A stretch of DNA of 61,578 bases, the filler included, from Globobulimina sp. (lineage: Eukaryota), in the NCBI GenBank assembly GCA_003354225.1. It is 21 parts of 21 records of this genome, joined end to end, with 100 filler letters (N's around TTAATTAATTAA, not from the genome) between each part and the next. Parts side by side here need not be neighbours in the genome. Positions count along the whole stretch, not along the records: positions 11,759 to 14,596 come from PIVH01004674.1; positions 14,697 to 17,534 come from PIVH01004675.1; positions 17,635 to 20,472 come from PIVH01004676.1; positions 20,573 to 23,410 come from PIVH01004677.1; positions 23,511 to 26,348 come from PIVH01004678.1; 16 more parts are not named here. One strand, given 5' to 3'. A program made the translations under genes and the position numbers. Shown one piece after another: positions 11,759 through 24,134 of the stretch (position 1 is its first letter; the number at the start of each line of letters is the position of its first letter). The notes below the pieces were generated by a model, which searched no databases, was not told the DNA's origin, and was given only the letters and a program-made list of their open reading frames with translations.

Positions 11759-14596
11759 CCACCGACCCTACAATTGATCCTACCACAGACCCGAGTGCAG
11801 ATCCGTCAACAGGTATATACAGTGTTTTTGTTACGCATATTGAGATAAAAATGTTTTATAAATAACATAAATATGATCGGATATATAGCACCAACGTTGG
11901 CGCCCTCATTGGCGCCTTCATTGGCTCCTTCTTTGGCACCTTCGTTGGCTCCAACTACAGCACCAACGGTTATAGGTAATTTATTATATTTTTTTTTGTG
12001 TGGATTGTATGAAATGAATGTTTTGTATTGCTCTGAAATGAACAGGTGATATGACTCAAGTTGAACTATTTATGTATTACAATATGACGGAGGGATTAGG
12101 TAACATCATATTAACTGTATTCAATTCCAAAATATCATTCGCGACTTTATTAGCAATTCAATACGGACCATTTCAAGATAATTATGAAAAATATAAATTC
12201 ATTCATAACGCATATACGTGCGTTGCTTTTACCATCTCCTCGTTTGATAAAAATAGCGATGAATGGGACGACGACTTATTTGATTGTGCTGATTACACGG
12301 AAGAGATCAAAAAATCTGAAAAAGATAGGGATCCGCGCTATAGGCCAGCAACCAAAGTAGCACAGTATTTAGCCATTATTAGAGTGGTATTGACGGGAAA
12401 CGATAAACGTGACAGTGTTGACAGAGTATCTGAGCTAACCGACCTGTTAGCATTCAACCAACAGTCTACCAATAATTCCAGAGGTATTAACTCCACATTC
12501 GATGCATTTAAAGCTGTCGGAGAACGCTGTATGATGGGAAATACTGCGGAAGCAGCAGAATGTTCATCTTTTTTGGGCCTAAATCTGGAGGATTTTAAAG
12601 TGATTACGTTGGACGCTGGCTTCGTCACAGAATTCAAAATCGCGCCAATTCCAATGAGCTTCGCAGAAAAAGCCATTCGAGCCTTGAAATATATAATTTA
12701 CATTTTTATCGCAGTCTGTTTATTTTTATCCATTTTAGGCAGAGTGCATGCAAAGAAAATGGGAGCTGATAATGTCAGAGCATTTGGTATACTTTTTTTT
12801 AGTTTGTACACCTGGGATTTCTACAGTTAAGATACTACGCAACATATATTTGCACATTTCACTTTGTAACATGCATTCGTTAAATAGGTGATGTAATGTT
12901 TTGTGTCCGTTTGGGAGATGCAGCGGAATGGATATTATTTGCGGTCAGTATGATATTTATCTTTGTCCCATGGACTATGAACTTACTGCAATTATTCCAC
13001 GCTGAGAATTCGTGGACAAATGATAAAACAATCCAGGAAGGCGTACGAGGATGGTTCTTGTCGTGGAATATCATTTTGATCATAGCGTGTGCTGTCAGCG
13101 GGAATAGTTTCGGTGCGATCGAGTTGGCCAATTCTAACCTGTTTGGTGTTGATTTATTTTCAATGGGATTACCACCGTCGAAGTTGAAGGAGTTCCAAAG
13201 CAAAAGGTTTTACAGCTCCGTCTGTTTGGAGAATATCCCACGTATGTTTTGGCGTATTTTGCTTGCAAATTGAATGTATATACATCAAATTGAAAACAAA
13301 AAACAGAGCTGGTGGTACAGATATATTTTCTAATGCTTTTAGGCGAATTTGACGAACCTACATTTGTGGCGCTATTATCCTCGTCCATATCTCTTGTGTT
13401 ATCTGTTGTGGATATCTGGAGTGCCAAACGTTTGCTTAATGTGATGGCTAAAGCTAAAACAGACGCACATATTAATATTAATAAAATAGAATTTATTGTT
13501 GCTGGGAACGATGAGATTCAGTGTAAAAAACGATTATTAATCACCAGACCACGACATTTGGCGAAGGCAATTGCGGAGACCATACCTGTGGATGTACGAA
13601 ATGTGGAAATTTATCAATTAATGGCCTCTGAAGATGGTATAAAGTGCGGTTTTACCGTGTATTCGATGGATTATTCATGCAATAAAATGGTGGATGACAT
13701 AAGTAATAAACGGTTAGCATTACAATATTTGATCTCAAATTATTGGCATTTGAAGCAATTTGTGCGTTTAAAGAATATACAACGCGGACAAATGACAAAT
13801 GAGGAGATTATGCAAAATATAGCCGACCAGGAATTAAAGAAACGCAAATCCAGAGCGCATGCAAAGACTCTTAGTAAAGTGAAATTAATCCGGTTGAGTA
13901 CACTCAGCAAATCGGATATTTTTAACGTCAAAACACGAGATCCTGAAATCCGAAAATTACAAACTTTGAATGAGAACTTTGATATCGATGAAGAAGAGGA
14001 TGAGGATTTAGATGTTTTGCCGACCGTCGATCATGAAAACCAATGGAAACAATATATGGAGAATTTGCAAAAATATGCAAAAACACAAAGTCAAATTTAC
14101 GAATCCCATCCCATTGCACAAGAAAAACCATTGGAAGGATTGACACAATTCGCAAATAGCAGAGAACAACTATTTGATGACGCGACTGTTGGGTTATTAT
14201 GGAGTCAATACACACAAAATGTGAATGAATTATTGAATCAGAGAGCAGTGTTATTGTCAAATGCAAATGATTTGGATTACGACGATGATAAATTGTCGCA
14301 TATTGAACAAAATAGTACCAGTTTAATGCGACAATTGTCAGATTTGGATGGTTTTGTGGTGCCGGTTGAAACAGCACAGAATCAAAACTTACATCAAATA
14401 ATACAATCTGTGGTAAGAGCACATTTAAGTATGTTTGATTTAGATCCAATGCATCGGTCATTGGTTGAAGATGACATTGACACTAAACATGAGATAACCG
14501 TCCATTCCGCGGACAGTCATGGTCTAATTTGGGGTGCTGATACTCATGGATATAACGCACGGATTTTAGAGATAGAAACAGAGAAAGTGCGCATAT
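11759..14596 (+). CDS. Multi-exon membrane protein with PT/APS-repeat stalk and XK-like TM region, partial (exons to 11812, 11889-11975, 12046-12825, 12888-13241, from 13307)
   Basis: Four frame-preserving GT-AG introns link the track ORFs. Repeats DPT/APSL. TM motifs WDFYSD and LENIPQL are restored by splicing. Confidence 0.8.
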
Positions 14597-14819
14597 NNNN
14601 NNNNNNNNNNNNNNNNNNNNNNNNNNNNNNNNNNNNNNNNTTAATTAATTAANNNNNNNNNNNNNNNNNNNNNNNNNNNNNNNNNNNNNNNNNNNNACTT
14701 CACTTGTGAATATATAATGTTGCATTGTCGAAAGAAATAAAATCAAATCTTAAAAAACATCATAAAAAGAAATAATTTTAAAAAGGGAAATTATATATAA
14801 GGAGAAAGAAAAAAAAGAC

Positions 14820-16895
14820 TTACTGATTGATATTTAGATCGAGATCGAGATCGTGTAATAGAGATTGTAAATGATGCGTAATATTGAATGACTGATTTGG
14901 TTTAATAATCGCTTTTTCCTTTTCAGAAATAATATTTTGTCTCCGATCATAAATATATTCATCGTAGTCAATGCCGAACAAATATAAATAAATTAAGCCA
15001 TTCATCCACGAATTACTCATTGTTTTGGAGAAATAATAATATTTTAACCAATACGATATGATATACGACCAATTATAAATTAAATTCGCGTTTAACAATT
15101 TATTATCACAACAAAGTATATTTATTTCATCCTTATTTATCAAATAAAATGATAAAACAGTCAAATATATCGCTTTCGTATCACTTTTATTATTATGTAC
15201 AATGCGTTGCATGCCGTGATAACATTCATTACTAAACACAACGCAATCGCCATTATACACATTTATATTATTCTTATTTGAATCTGAATCATGTAATGAT
15301 AGTTGTAAACGGATACTTTTTCGATTATATATCTGTGCAAAATATAAGCCGATACATTCAATATTTTCACCCATACCTTCTTTATGCATACTTTCTTCAT
15401 ATTCATCACCATATTTTTGCAAAACACATTTCTTTAAACGAATAATGATTTTTTCTGATGATGTTAATTTCCGATTTACCACATTTTCAAACATACATTG
15501 CATTTTTTTAAATATTGAACCAATATCTTTATATAAATCTGCATATTTCACATAATCCAATCCAACAATTTGTGATTGGATTAATCCGTCAAATCCGTCG
15601 TTTGCGTCTTGTTGAGAGACACAATCAAATATTGAAGGTATCCACAAATGATTATCATTAATATTTTTATTTGGATCAATTATGTCATGAATAAATGCCG
15701 TATTTTTATTTATTTCATTTATTTCGTGTCCGTCATTATCAATGCATTTATATTGTATACAGCCAATATTATCATTAAAAAACGGTTTATATTTTTTACC
15801 TGTATTTGGAAAAAATTGTGTGTCCGCATTTGCATTGTAATTGGTATTCGATGGACTGTCGCTCATATCCGAATAGATCGATTTTGAGCGTAAATTGTAT
15901 AAACTTCGATTCATTGGACTTGGTATATTGATTAAAGAAATATTGCTTTCATTGGATCGCAAATCATTTATCTCGGGGATACGCGGCGTAATGCCGTTAT
16001 CATCGGAATCTGAGTCATATGGATCACAAGGCGCATAATAGCGCGGTGGCGTTATTCCTCCACCAATGTACATGTCATTATTCACTGGATACACCATATA
16101 TTTATACAAAATATCTGCGCCAAACTCATTTGTTTTGTGATGTAAATGTTTGTTATACGTTATATCTCTGAAGGTATTAATTAAATATATTGCAATTTCA
16201 TACATAATATATTGTGTGTAATCATACCTTAAGTCATATTCAATTAATATATCACATTGCAATTTGTCCATATTTTGGAGAAACGATATTTTTAATTCGT
16301 TGTTTATTAAATTATCGACAGATTGTGCCAATATAAAATATGTGCCATCGGGCTTCTTTTCTATTAATGGATTCCTTAATCGTTTTATTGTATTATCTTT
16401 GTAATATGACCATGGCATTGCAGCTGCAGTGGATTTATTATTTGTATTATTTATTATCGTTGCTTTTGGTGTCCAGCGCGGTTCATATAATTTATTATCA
16501 TTGGTTGAATGTTCTGTTTTTTGTTTCAATTCTTCGTAGGAACTATATTTGAAAATATTATCACACGCATACTTATTATATGATAAATTTGGAGTATGAC
16601 AAACCAACCACGTCGCAGTTGCATTTGCATTTGTATCTGTATCTGTTGCTTCTATTTGTATGCCATCATTGCGTTTGCATTTCATATTTCCAATTATTTG
16701 CCGTAATCTATCTACATCATCAACTGATATTGCTGCATATGATGTATTTGATAATTTTGGTGTCAATTCGCAGATATCATAATCAGTTTCATTTAACGTT
16801 AACCCATCAAGATCAATTTTTAACGATGATGTTGGAAATCCAAAATCGGCCTGGTAATCTGATGGGGTTGGTGTTGAATTAGATGTTGTTATCAT
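14820..16895 (-). CDS. DUF4246-like protein (2OG-Fe(II) oxygenase-like fold)
   Basis: WIPSIF, LYKDIGSIF, HKEG..ENIECIGLY, VVFSN..YH and LSFYLI match the recalled DUF4246 pattern. Confidence 0.55.
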   Translation of the reverse strand: MITTSNSTPTPSDYQADFGFPTSSLKIDLDGLTLNETDYDICELTPKLSNTSYAAISVDDVDRLRQIIGNMKCKRNDGIQIEATDTDTNANATATWLVCHTPNLSYNKYACDNIFKYSSYEELKQKTEHSTNDNKLYEPRWTPKATIINNTNNKSTAAAMPWSYYKDNTIKRLRNPLIEKKPDGTYFILAQSVDNLINNELKISFLQNMDKLQCDILIEYDLRYDYTQYIMYEIAIYLINTFRDITYNKHLHHKTNEFGADILYKYMVYPVNNDMYIGGGITPPRYYAPCDPYDSDSDDNGITPRIPEINDLRSNESNISLINIPSPMNRSLYNLRSKSIYSDMSDSPSNTNYNANADTQFFPNTGKKYKPFFNDNIGCIQYKCIDNDGHEINEINKNTAFIHDIIDPNKNINDNHLWIPSIFDCVSQQDANDGFDGLIQSQIVGLDYVKYADLYKDIGSIFKKMQCMFENVVNRKLTSSEKIIIRLKKCVLQKYGDEYEESMHKEGMGENIECIGLYFAQIYNRKSIRLQLSLHDSDSNKNNINVYNGDCVVFSNECYHGMQRIVHNNKSDTKAIYLTVLSFYLINKDEINILCCDNKLLNANLIYNWSYIISYWLKYYYFSKTMSNSWMNGLIYLYLFGIDYDEYIYDRRQNIISEKEKAIIKPNQSFNITHHLQSLLHDLDLDLNINQ

Positions 16896-17101
16896 AGTGT
16901 TGCGAGTAGTATTGAAAGAGCTCTAGGTAGGTTGTGAAAAACCTACTTCACCTCTTAATACAAAGTAGTAGCAGTACTTGTAATAGTGAGGAACTAGGAC
17001 TATTGTTATGTATTTTGCGTCATTCTACATTATGTGCCGCATTTATTTTTATGTTATTTAAGAAATGGATTGATACGTTTAATATTGAATTAATCGAACA
17101 A

Positions 17102-17534
17102 CTAATTAAAGAAATTGGGCTGAATCATATCAATCTTTTGGATCCATTTGTGTTGTGTCGGATTTGTAGCATCAGGGCCAACATCTACAAACCTCAAATT
17201 TTGTACATAGCCTTTTGTAATCAACTTGTTCCAATATTTAGCACATTCATATCCATTACGAGTGTTAATTGTTGTTGAAAATAATCCCCATTCTCCATTT
17301 ACACCGATTTGTTTGATTCTCTTTAGGAACAACACATGTTCTTTCCAGGTAAAACAACCTCTGCTTGTTTCATACATCAACTTTTCCTGTTTTCTATCAT
17401 TGGATGAGATTCGACTTCCATTGAATCTGAAATAAAATTCATTTGCGTTATCAAGCCGATTAATCCATGCATTCTTTTCATCTGCACTCCAATTATGATA
17501 TACTTGTTTGTCACTGGCAGCGCCAGAGTTATTT
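17102..17534 (-). CDS. Myb/SANT-like protein, 5' truncated
   Basis: NANEFYFRFN...GCFTWKEH.LFLKRI..IGVNGEWGLFS..INTRNGYEC..YW. The frame is open to the contig edge. Confidence 0.75.
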
Positions 17535-17906
17535 NNNNNNNNNNNNNNNNNNNNNNNNNNNNNNNNNNNNNNNNNNNNTTAATTAATTAANNNNNNNNNN
17601 NNNNNNNNNNNNNNNNNNNNNNNNNNNNNNNNNNTTTGCGCCCACGCTGGCTATCCAACATATAGCCAAGCACTGCCATCAAAGGACACGCAACGACATC
17701 TTGCCAGCTCTCAACATCAATTTTAATCGACTCAAAATGAATAGATTTTCGTTGCAGCAAAGAATGTCTCAAGCTGGTATTAGGACTACAGTAACTTCTA
17801 ACAACTTCACTAAAAACACAAACAAAATTTTATATAAAAATGAACTTAAATAAACAACACAAATCTAAAAAAAAAAAACAATTGAAATACAAAAAAACCA
17901 TAATTA

Positions 17907-20472
17907 TTACACATTTTTTTTATCAGCAATTAGTATTTCAGATGAATCTTTAGAATGATAACTTAATTTTCTTCTGAACGTATCAATCACATCAAAGGAA
18001 GCCATAGACATTGCAGAGTCTCGCCGAACATTAATTTCATGAAATCCAGATAATAAATTTGCACCGGAATGCCTCTGCTTTTGTATTTGATTCGATGTGG
18101 ATGAATTTGTACATGAAGACGGAAATAGTCCACCACCACAGCCTGAATTCATCCTGCTTCTATTTATTATATTATTTAAGTGCACGTGTGCATGACTGCC
18201 TTTTTCTTCCTTTTCATTCGGAGACTGCTCCAGATCCGTCACTTCAATCTCAATGTAATCTGCATTTATTTCATTACTATTCTCAATACTGCTTTCAGTG
18301 TCGGTATCTGTGTCGGTGTAAGTCACATCATTCTGAATATGTGCAATCAAATCTTCATCTTGCAACATTTGCGGTAGATTCGGCTCATAATCTAATAACT
18401 CATTAAATTTATCAACAGATAAAGATAATAATTCACACACAGTTTGAGCGCGCGCGGTATATGTTCGCGGCGTATTGTTCATTATGGATTGGTGGCCAAA
18501 GAAATCGCCAGACATTAATACCACAGTTTTGTTGCCATTCTCTTCATTCAATATAATCTCAATGCTGCCTTCATTAATGAAAAACATATGTTGTCCAATA
18601 TTGCCTTCATTAAATATCATCTCATCTGCTAAAAATAAATGTTGTTCCAATCTCGTCGCAATCGATCGAATAAATCCACGGGAACAATTTTTAAACCATG
18701 CTACATTTTGCAATAAATTCTTATTCATAAATAAGACAATGTCGCCTCGCAACGATGCTGGCAATGAGCCCAACACTGCAGATTCGTCCACTCCTTTTGA
18801 TCTGTTCCAGACATATTGGAAATGCTGCAATGACCGTTTATTTAACTCTGGACAGATTCTATGTCGTTTCATGAATGATTTGGTATATTCGATTTGTAAT
18901 TGGAACCTTGCCAAATGAGCATCAGATTCCATTGTCGCATTTTGAAATAATCCAACCATCGATGCGAACATTATGATTGATACAATGATCAAAATTAATA
19001 AAAAGACGGTTTCGATGGGATTGCTGCAGGCAATGTCTCCATAGCCAGTGGTGGTCATTGCATTTAAACAAAAATATGTTGAACGCAAATATATATCAAA
19101 TGCGTAGGTACCATCCTGATAACCATCTAAAAATATAACAGTTTGATCTCGCAGAATCCAGGTCGAGTTTGGGTAATATTTGGCAGACCAAATACCAGTC
19201 AAATACCATAGACCGCCCATATAATGTGCACCCATCACATATGTCAGTGTGAAAGAGATATATCGCCATAAAAATATTGGTACCGAATAATATGATACAA
19301 ATTTCTCTAAATTTGTTAAACGATCACTTAATAATGATTTATAACTATATGTTTCTTCACCATTTAAATCATCATTCTCCGTTTTATTGCGATTCAAATA
19401 CTCAAATTCGAAACTTTTTAGTCTTAATAATTTGGGTAATCTTAACCATATCATCCACGTAAACATATTTGTAGAAGATGTTGAAAATAGCAATGGAAAT
19501 ATTAATAATACTTCAAATGGCATAATACAAAATACATCACAATAAAAACTAAAATTTTTATAATTGATTCGATGGCAATTTAATAACGGTGGCAATATTT
19601 TAAATTTTACGTAAAAAATATCAATCACAAATACAACTTCTAATATATATTCAATAATTAATGTAATTAAAATAATTGAATTCAAAAATTTTAAATCGTT
19701 GTTATATGCATTAAAAAAACATAATCTAAACCAAATTAACATGGATTCGATTAAGATGAGAATAGCAATGAATCCATCCCAACCACGGAAATAGTTTAAT
19801 AATTTTGCGGATTGCTGTGCTTCCATTGCGGCCTTATCGTCATCTTGTTCTTGGTCAAATATTGAGGACAACACATCTGTCGATTTCCGGGATAACTCAA
19901 CACTTTTTAGGGGACTGGCATATTTCAATGGATTGATCATTTCAATTTCATAATTATTTGTAGCAGCAGACAACCGCGAATAGGCAGCGCGCGAACTCTT
20001 CATTTGCGGAATGGCTCTACTTTCGATCTTTTCTAAATGTCGTCTAATATCCGGTGGCAATGCATCAGATAAATCCGCAAATTTATGTAATTTATTTTTT
20101 CGAACTAATCTTTCCAGATTGTTATGTACAGCGGTATTAATTTCAATAATTTTCTTTTTTTTACAAACTGCAATTTCTCTCATTTTGTCCAAATAGGAAG
20201 GACAGGAAATGAATACTTTGCGGAATTTGTCTTTGTTTAAAGATACGCACTCAACAAATGTAGCTGCTTGAATCGATGCAGACTTTCTATTTGCATTTAA
20301 GAAAAATGATATATCGCCAATAATATCACCGGCTCGATCTAATGTTGCAATTAAAAAATTGTTGGCATCTAAAATTTTGACTTTGCCAGTTTCTAATATT
20401 TGTATCCGGTCAGCGGGTTCGTCATAAACACATAAAAAATCATGTTCAACATACAATTCATATTCCAAATAT
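17907..20472 (-). CDS. Cyclic-nucleotide-binding K+ channel (CNBD - S1-S6 - C-linker - CNBD), 5' truncated
   Basis: S4 WLRLPKLLRLK, selectivity filter TTTGYGD, C-linker, CNBD (GDFFG..PRTYTARA), plus a second CNBD upstream of S1 (GDIIGD..RKSASIQA). Confidence 0.93.
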
Positions 20473-20572
20473 NNNNNNNNNNNNNNNNNNNNNNNNNNNN
20501 NNNNNNNNNNNNNNNNTTAATTAATTAANNNNNNNNNNNNNNNNNNNNNNNNNNNNNNNNNNNNNNNNNNNN

Positions 20573-21280
20573 GTATTTTGATAAATAGACACAGAAATAC
20601 CAAAGTAATCATCTGCAGCTCCGTCACTTGCAAACAATTTTGCTGTCTGTGTCCATTCATTTGTTGTATCGTCCATAGTAAATATATATACTGAGCCCTT
20701 GTCATCATCCTGTTCCGCACCAATTACTGCAGTATTTTGATAGATAGACACAGAACGACCAAACCAATCACTTGCAGCTCCGTCACTTGCCACTAATTTG
20801 GCTGTCTGTGTCCATTCATTTGTTGTATTGTCGAAGGTAAATATATATGCCGAACCAGACTGTGATCCCTTGCCATCATCAAAATACGCCCCAATTACAG
20901 CAGTATTTTGATAAATAGACACAGAAAGACCAAACCTATCACCTGCAGCTCCGTCACTTGCCACTAATTTGACTGTCTGTATCCATTCATTTGTTGTATT
21001 ATCGAATGTAAATATATATACTGATCCCATATGTTCATCATCTCCGTACGCACCAATTACTGCAATATTTTGATAAATAGACACAGAACCACCAAAGTAA
21101 TCACCTGCAGCTCCGTCACTTGCCACTAATTTGGCTGTCTGTGTCCATTCATTTGTTGTATCGTCCATAGTAAATATATATACTGAGCCCATATTGTCAT
21201 CATCCTTAGGCGCCCCAATTACGGCAGTATTTTGATAAATAGACACAGAAAAACCAAACTTATCATCTGCAGCTCCGTCA
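20573..21280 (-). repeat. Coding tandem repeat, about 160-175-bp units
   Basis: Blocks such as GCAGCTCCGTCACTTGC and TTTTGATAAATAGACACAGAA recur almost unchanged. Confidence 0.9.
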
Positions 21281-21363
21281 TTTGGTAATATTTTCTTCAT
21301 CGACTGAGCATTGACCGAGGATGACGTGGCGAATATTAATAATATATAGATGGTTGTTATCAT
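20573..21363 (-). CDS. Secreted FG-GAP repeat beta-propeller protein, 3' truncated
   Basis: Signal peptide then at least 5 copies of ASDGAAGDxFGxSVSIYQNTAVIGA...GSVYIF...WTQTAKL. Confidence 0.9.
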
Positions 21364-21777
21364 TTTGCAATGAGGGAATGTTCGAGTACAGGCTATTACG
21401 TATAGCGTAGAAGGGATTGTTGTTGTTTTTGAGGGAGATTGCAGTGATTTAGGTGATTTGCAATGAATTTAATGCGAATATGTATTCAATGCGACTTTAT
21501 CTAAAATTCTAATTCTTTGTTTCTTTTGCTAATTCTTTGTTGTTTTATGTATGTTTTGCTATATGGATTTGTTGGGTATTTTAGAAAGGATGGTGAGTGT
21601 TGTTTAGAAGGGAGTTAAAGTGCGTTGAAGGTGTTTTGGACAAAGTTTTTAAATTGATATTCCAATGACATTTTGACAATTGCCATACAGAAACAAATTT
21701 GATTAATTTATCACGTATATATTTAAATGTGTTTTGGACAATGCAGGGAAAGCACTTCTAATCTAAGTCCAATACAA

Positions 21778-22243
21778 TCAAGTTTTTGGATCATTTCTGG
21801 CATTCAATGCCGTTTTTGCAGTGAGTTTCAATATGATATGTCTTGATTTTTCAATTTTATCCATTTTTAAATCTTCTGTCGGATTTATTCGAATAAACGT
21901 CAAATATTCACATTCCCATCCTAGAATTTACAATAACGAGTCACAAACAATTATATATATAAACAAATATAAATATAAAATACTCAACGCAATGAATGCA
22001 CACTTTTTCCGCAGCCAATCTCCAGAACCAATAACTCATTATTCCCATTCATAAATCCTTTCAACCATTTCATAAATTTATCTTTCTGTTTGACGATCCG
22101 ATCAGCATTAAATGTATCATTCGTAGTTTCAAATCTTTAATTTTGAAGGTTTCCTCATCTATTTGCAAACCATTATATCCATCAAAAAAAGGTGTAATCG
22201 CACCATATTCACAGAAATCCAAACATTGTAAATGATGCAATAA
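21778..22243 (-). pseudogene. Degenerate sirtuin (SIR2-like) fragment
   Basis: Hand translation gives HHLQCLDFC...IDEETF, a frameshift, LLVLEIGCGKSVHSL, an intron, then RWECE..FIRINP..LTAKTAL*. The second CxxC/RPN segment and the N-terminus are missing. Confidence 0.65.
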
Positions 22244-22304
22244 CACGTTCTTTACACGGATTGCGTTTAATTTATGGATAATGTCATACTATAGTCTTTA
22301 GACC

Positions 22305-23410
22305 ATGGTGCTGTCCAAAAGATATTCATCAATAATCATGTTTTCAAGTGTCACTATCATTTTGATTACATATTTGGAATACATTGGGCTGGAATACCAA
22401 CAAAATGGCGACATAGATAATCAAAATGAAGTAATTAAGCTCAAATATTTTTCAGGGCACGTATTTCAAATTGGATTCAACAAAGCTGGAACCAGAATGT
22501 TACACAATGCATTTGTCCAAAATAAAATAGCATCCATTCACTATCGAGCATACTGGAACGATTCCAACCGTATGCTTCTTAAACAAGATACTTTTCAGAA
22601 TGGAAAGCTGCGGCAACCTCTTTTCAAATTGATGTATGATAATTATGTTAATAATAAATCAGTGCTAAATGGATTGATTGATTCATTCATACTTTTTACT
22701 GATTTTGGAGTTTATTTAAATATTGAATCTGGCAAAGAGGCTTTATACAATGTGTTGTTTCAAGATGAATGGTACAAAGTATTAATAGAACAATATCCAA
22801 ACTCAATATACATTTTAAACATTAGGAATGTGAATAATTGGTTGAAATCAAAATATTTCCATTATCAATCATCATGCGGTGGATATATGATAGACTGTGG
22901 TAACAAAAATAGAGGCAATACACCTAATCATTACTACCAACAAGTTCTGTATCGATGGAAATATATGTGGTATAAATACATTTGCGATTTACTGCAATAT
23001 TTTAAGTCAAATAGTTTGATGCATTATTTGTTGATCTTTGATATAGAAAGTGATTCTATCAGCAAACTGGATAACTTTTTGAGTGATTTCAATGTCCCGT
23101 TTGACACAAAAAATGTTAGAATTGGAAGTTTTGAAGGAAAAGGTTCATACAAATTTATCAATACAACAAACAATTTGAAGCAATTGCAACGATACAAAAA
23201 ATGGATAGAAGTACAAAGCAATTATTTGTTGAATAAGACCGACCAAAAAAAGAACGAATACGAAAACCTTAAATCTTTATGCACCACAAATCAGAGTATC
23301 TTGTATGAGAAGTTTGTAATAGTATTTTACCCATATTCAGTACTATCGAGACTGTGTAACGTGTTTCCAAAACCAAAGATTTTCACGTCAAGGGGGCGCG
23401 CCCTTGGCGC
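22305..23410 (+). CDS. Type II membrane sulfotransferase-family protein
   Basis: N-terminal TM anchor; PAPS-binding-like VFQIGFNKAGT and YPNSIYILNIR..NNWLKS. Confidence 0.8.
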
Positions 23411-23510
23411 NNNNNNNNNNNNNNNNNNNNNNNNNNNNNNNNNNNNNNNNNNNNTTAATTAATTAANNNNNNNNNNNNNNNNNNNNNNNNNNNNNNNNNN
23501 NNNNNNNNNN

Positions 23511-23735
23511 CCAGCGTGCGCATCAGGTGAGATTTACAGAGATGGTGATTTAGGGTCGTTTGCTGTTGGCTGTATATTATTTTGTTTATTGTCCATATGT
23601 CATCCATGTATTGTTACGGGCCCATTAAGAGAGAAAAGAGGCATTGAAGGAACGTGTTGTATGGACACTATGGTTTTTTGTTGTTGTGCCGGATGTCAAT
23701 TAACCAGAGAATTAAGAGAAACCAGAGGAAGTTGA
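23511..23735 (+). CDS. PLAC8-family Cys-rich protein, C-terminal part
   Basis: Hand translation: LREKRGIEGTCCMD..VFCCCAGCQLTRELRE...*. Not in the ORF track. Confidence 0.8.
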   Translation, partial: PACASGEIYRDGDLGSFAVGCILFCLLSICHPCIVTGPLREKRGIEGTCCMDTMVFCCCAGCQLTRELRETRGS

Positions 23736-24134
23736 GGAACATAAAAAAATAATATTATTAAACAAATTATTGCAAATAAAATAAAATTAGTCATTTTGTA
23801 ATTAAATTTTTTTTTGTGCAGACATTTTCTGTTTTATGTATTTTTTCATGTTGTAATTGATTTGTTTTGTTTGTGGAACTGTCAAATATTAAATCCACTT
23901 AAATTCATTTGTAGCTTTCGACATATTTTTTTTTGTTTATCTGCGATTTTGCGTACTTCGATCATATTAAAAAATAGCGAAAATATTATTCGTGTGGAAA
24001 TAATTTGAATTCCGCTAACATAATAGGAATACAGCTTTTTTCATAGTAAAATATATCATACTAAACTGTTTTTCAGTGCAAAATCTTTACCTGAAGCATT
24101 CTTTTTTTTGTTTTTACACAAATCTAAATTGAAT

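Noticed and set aside
20573..21280. CRISPR array
   Set aside because: The units are in-frame protein repeats with no unique spacers.
23381..23410. GC-rich hairpin as a terminator
   Set aside because: It lies at a contig edge inside an open frame with no U-tract; probably a chimeric end.
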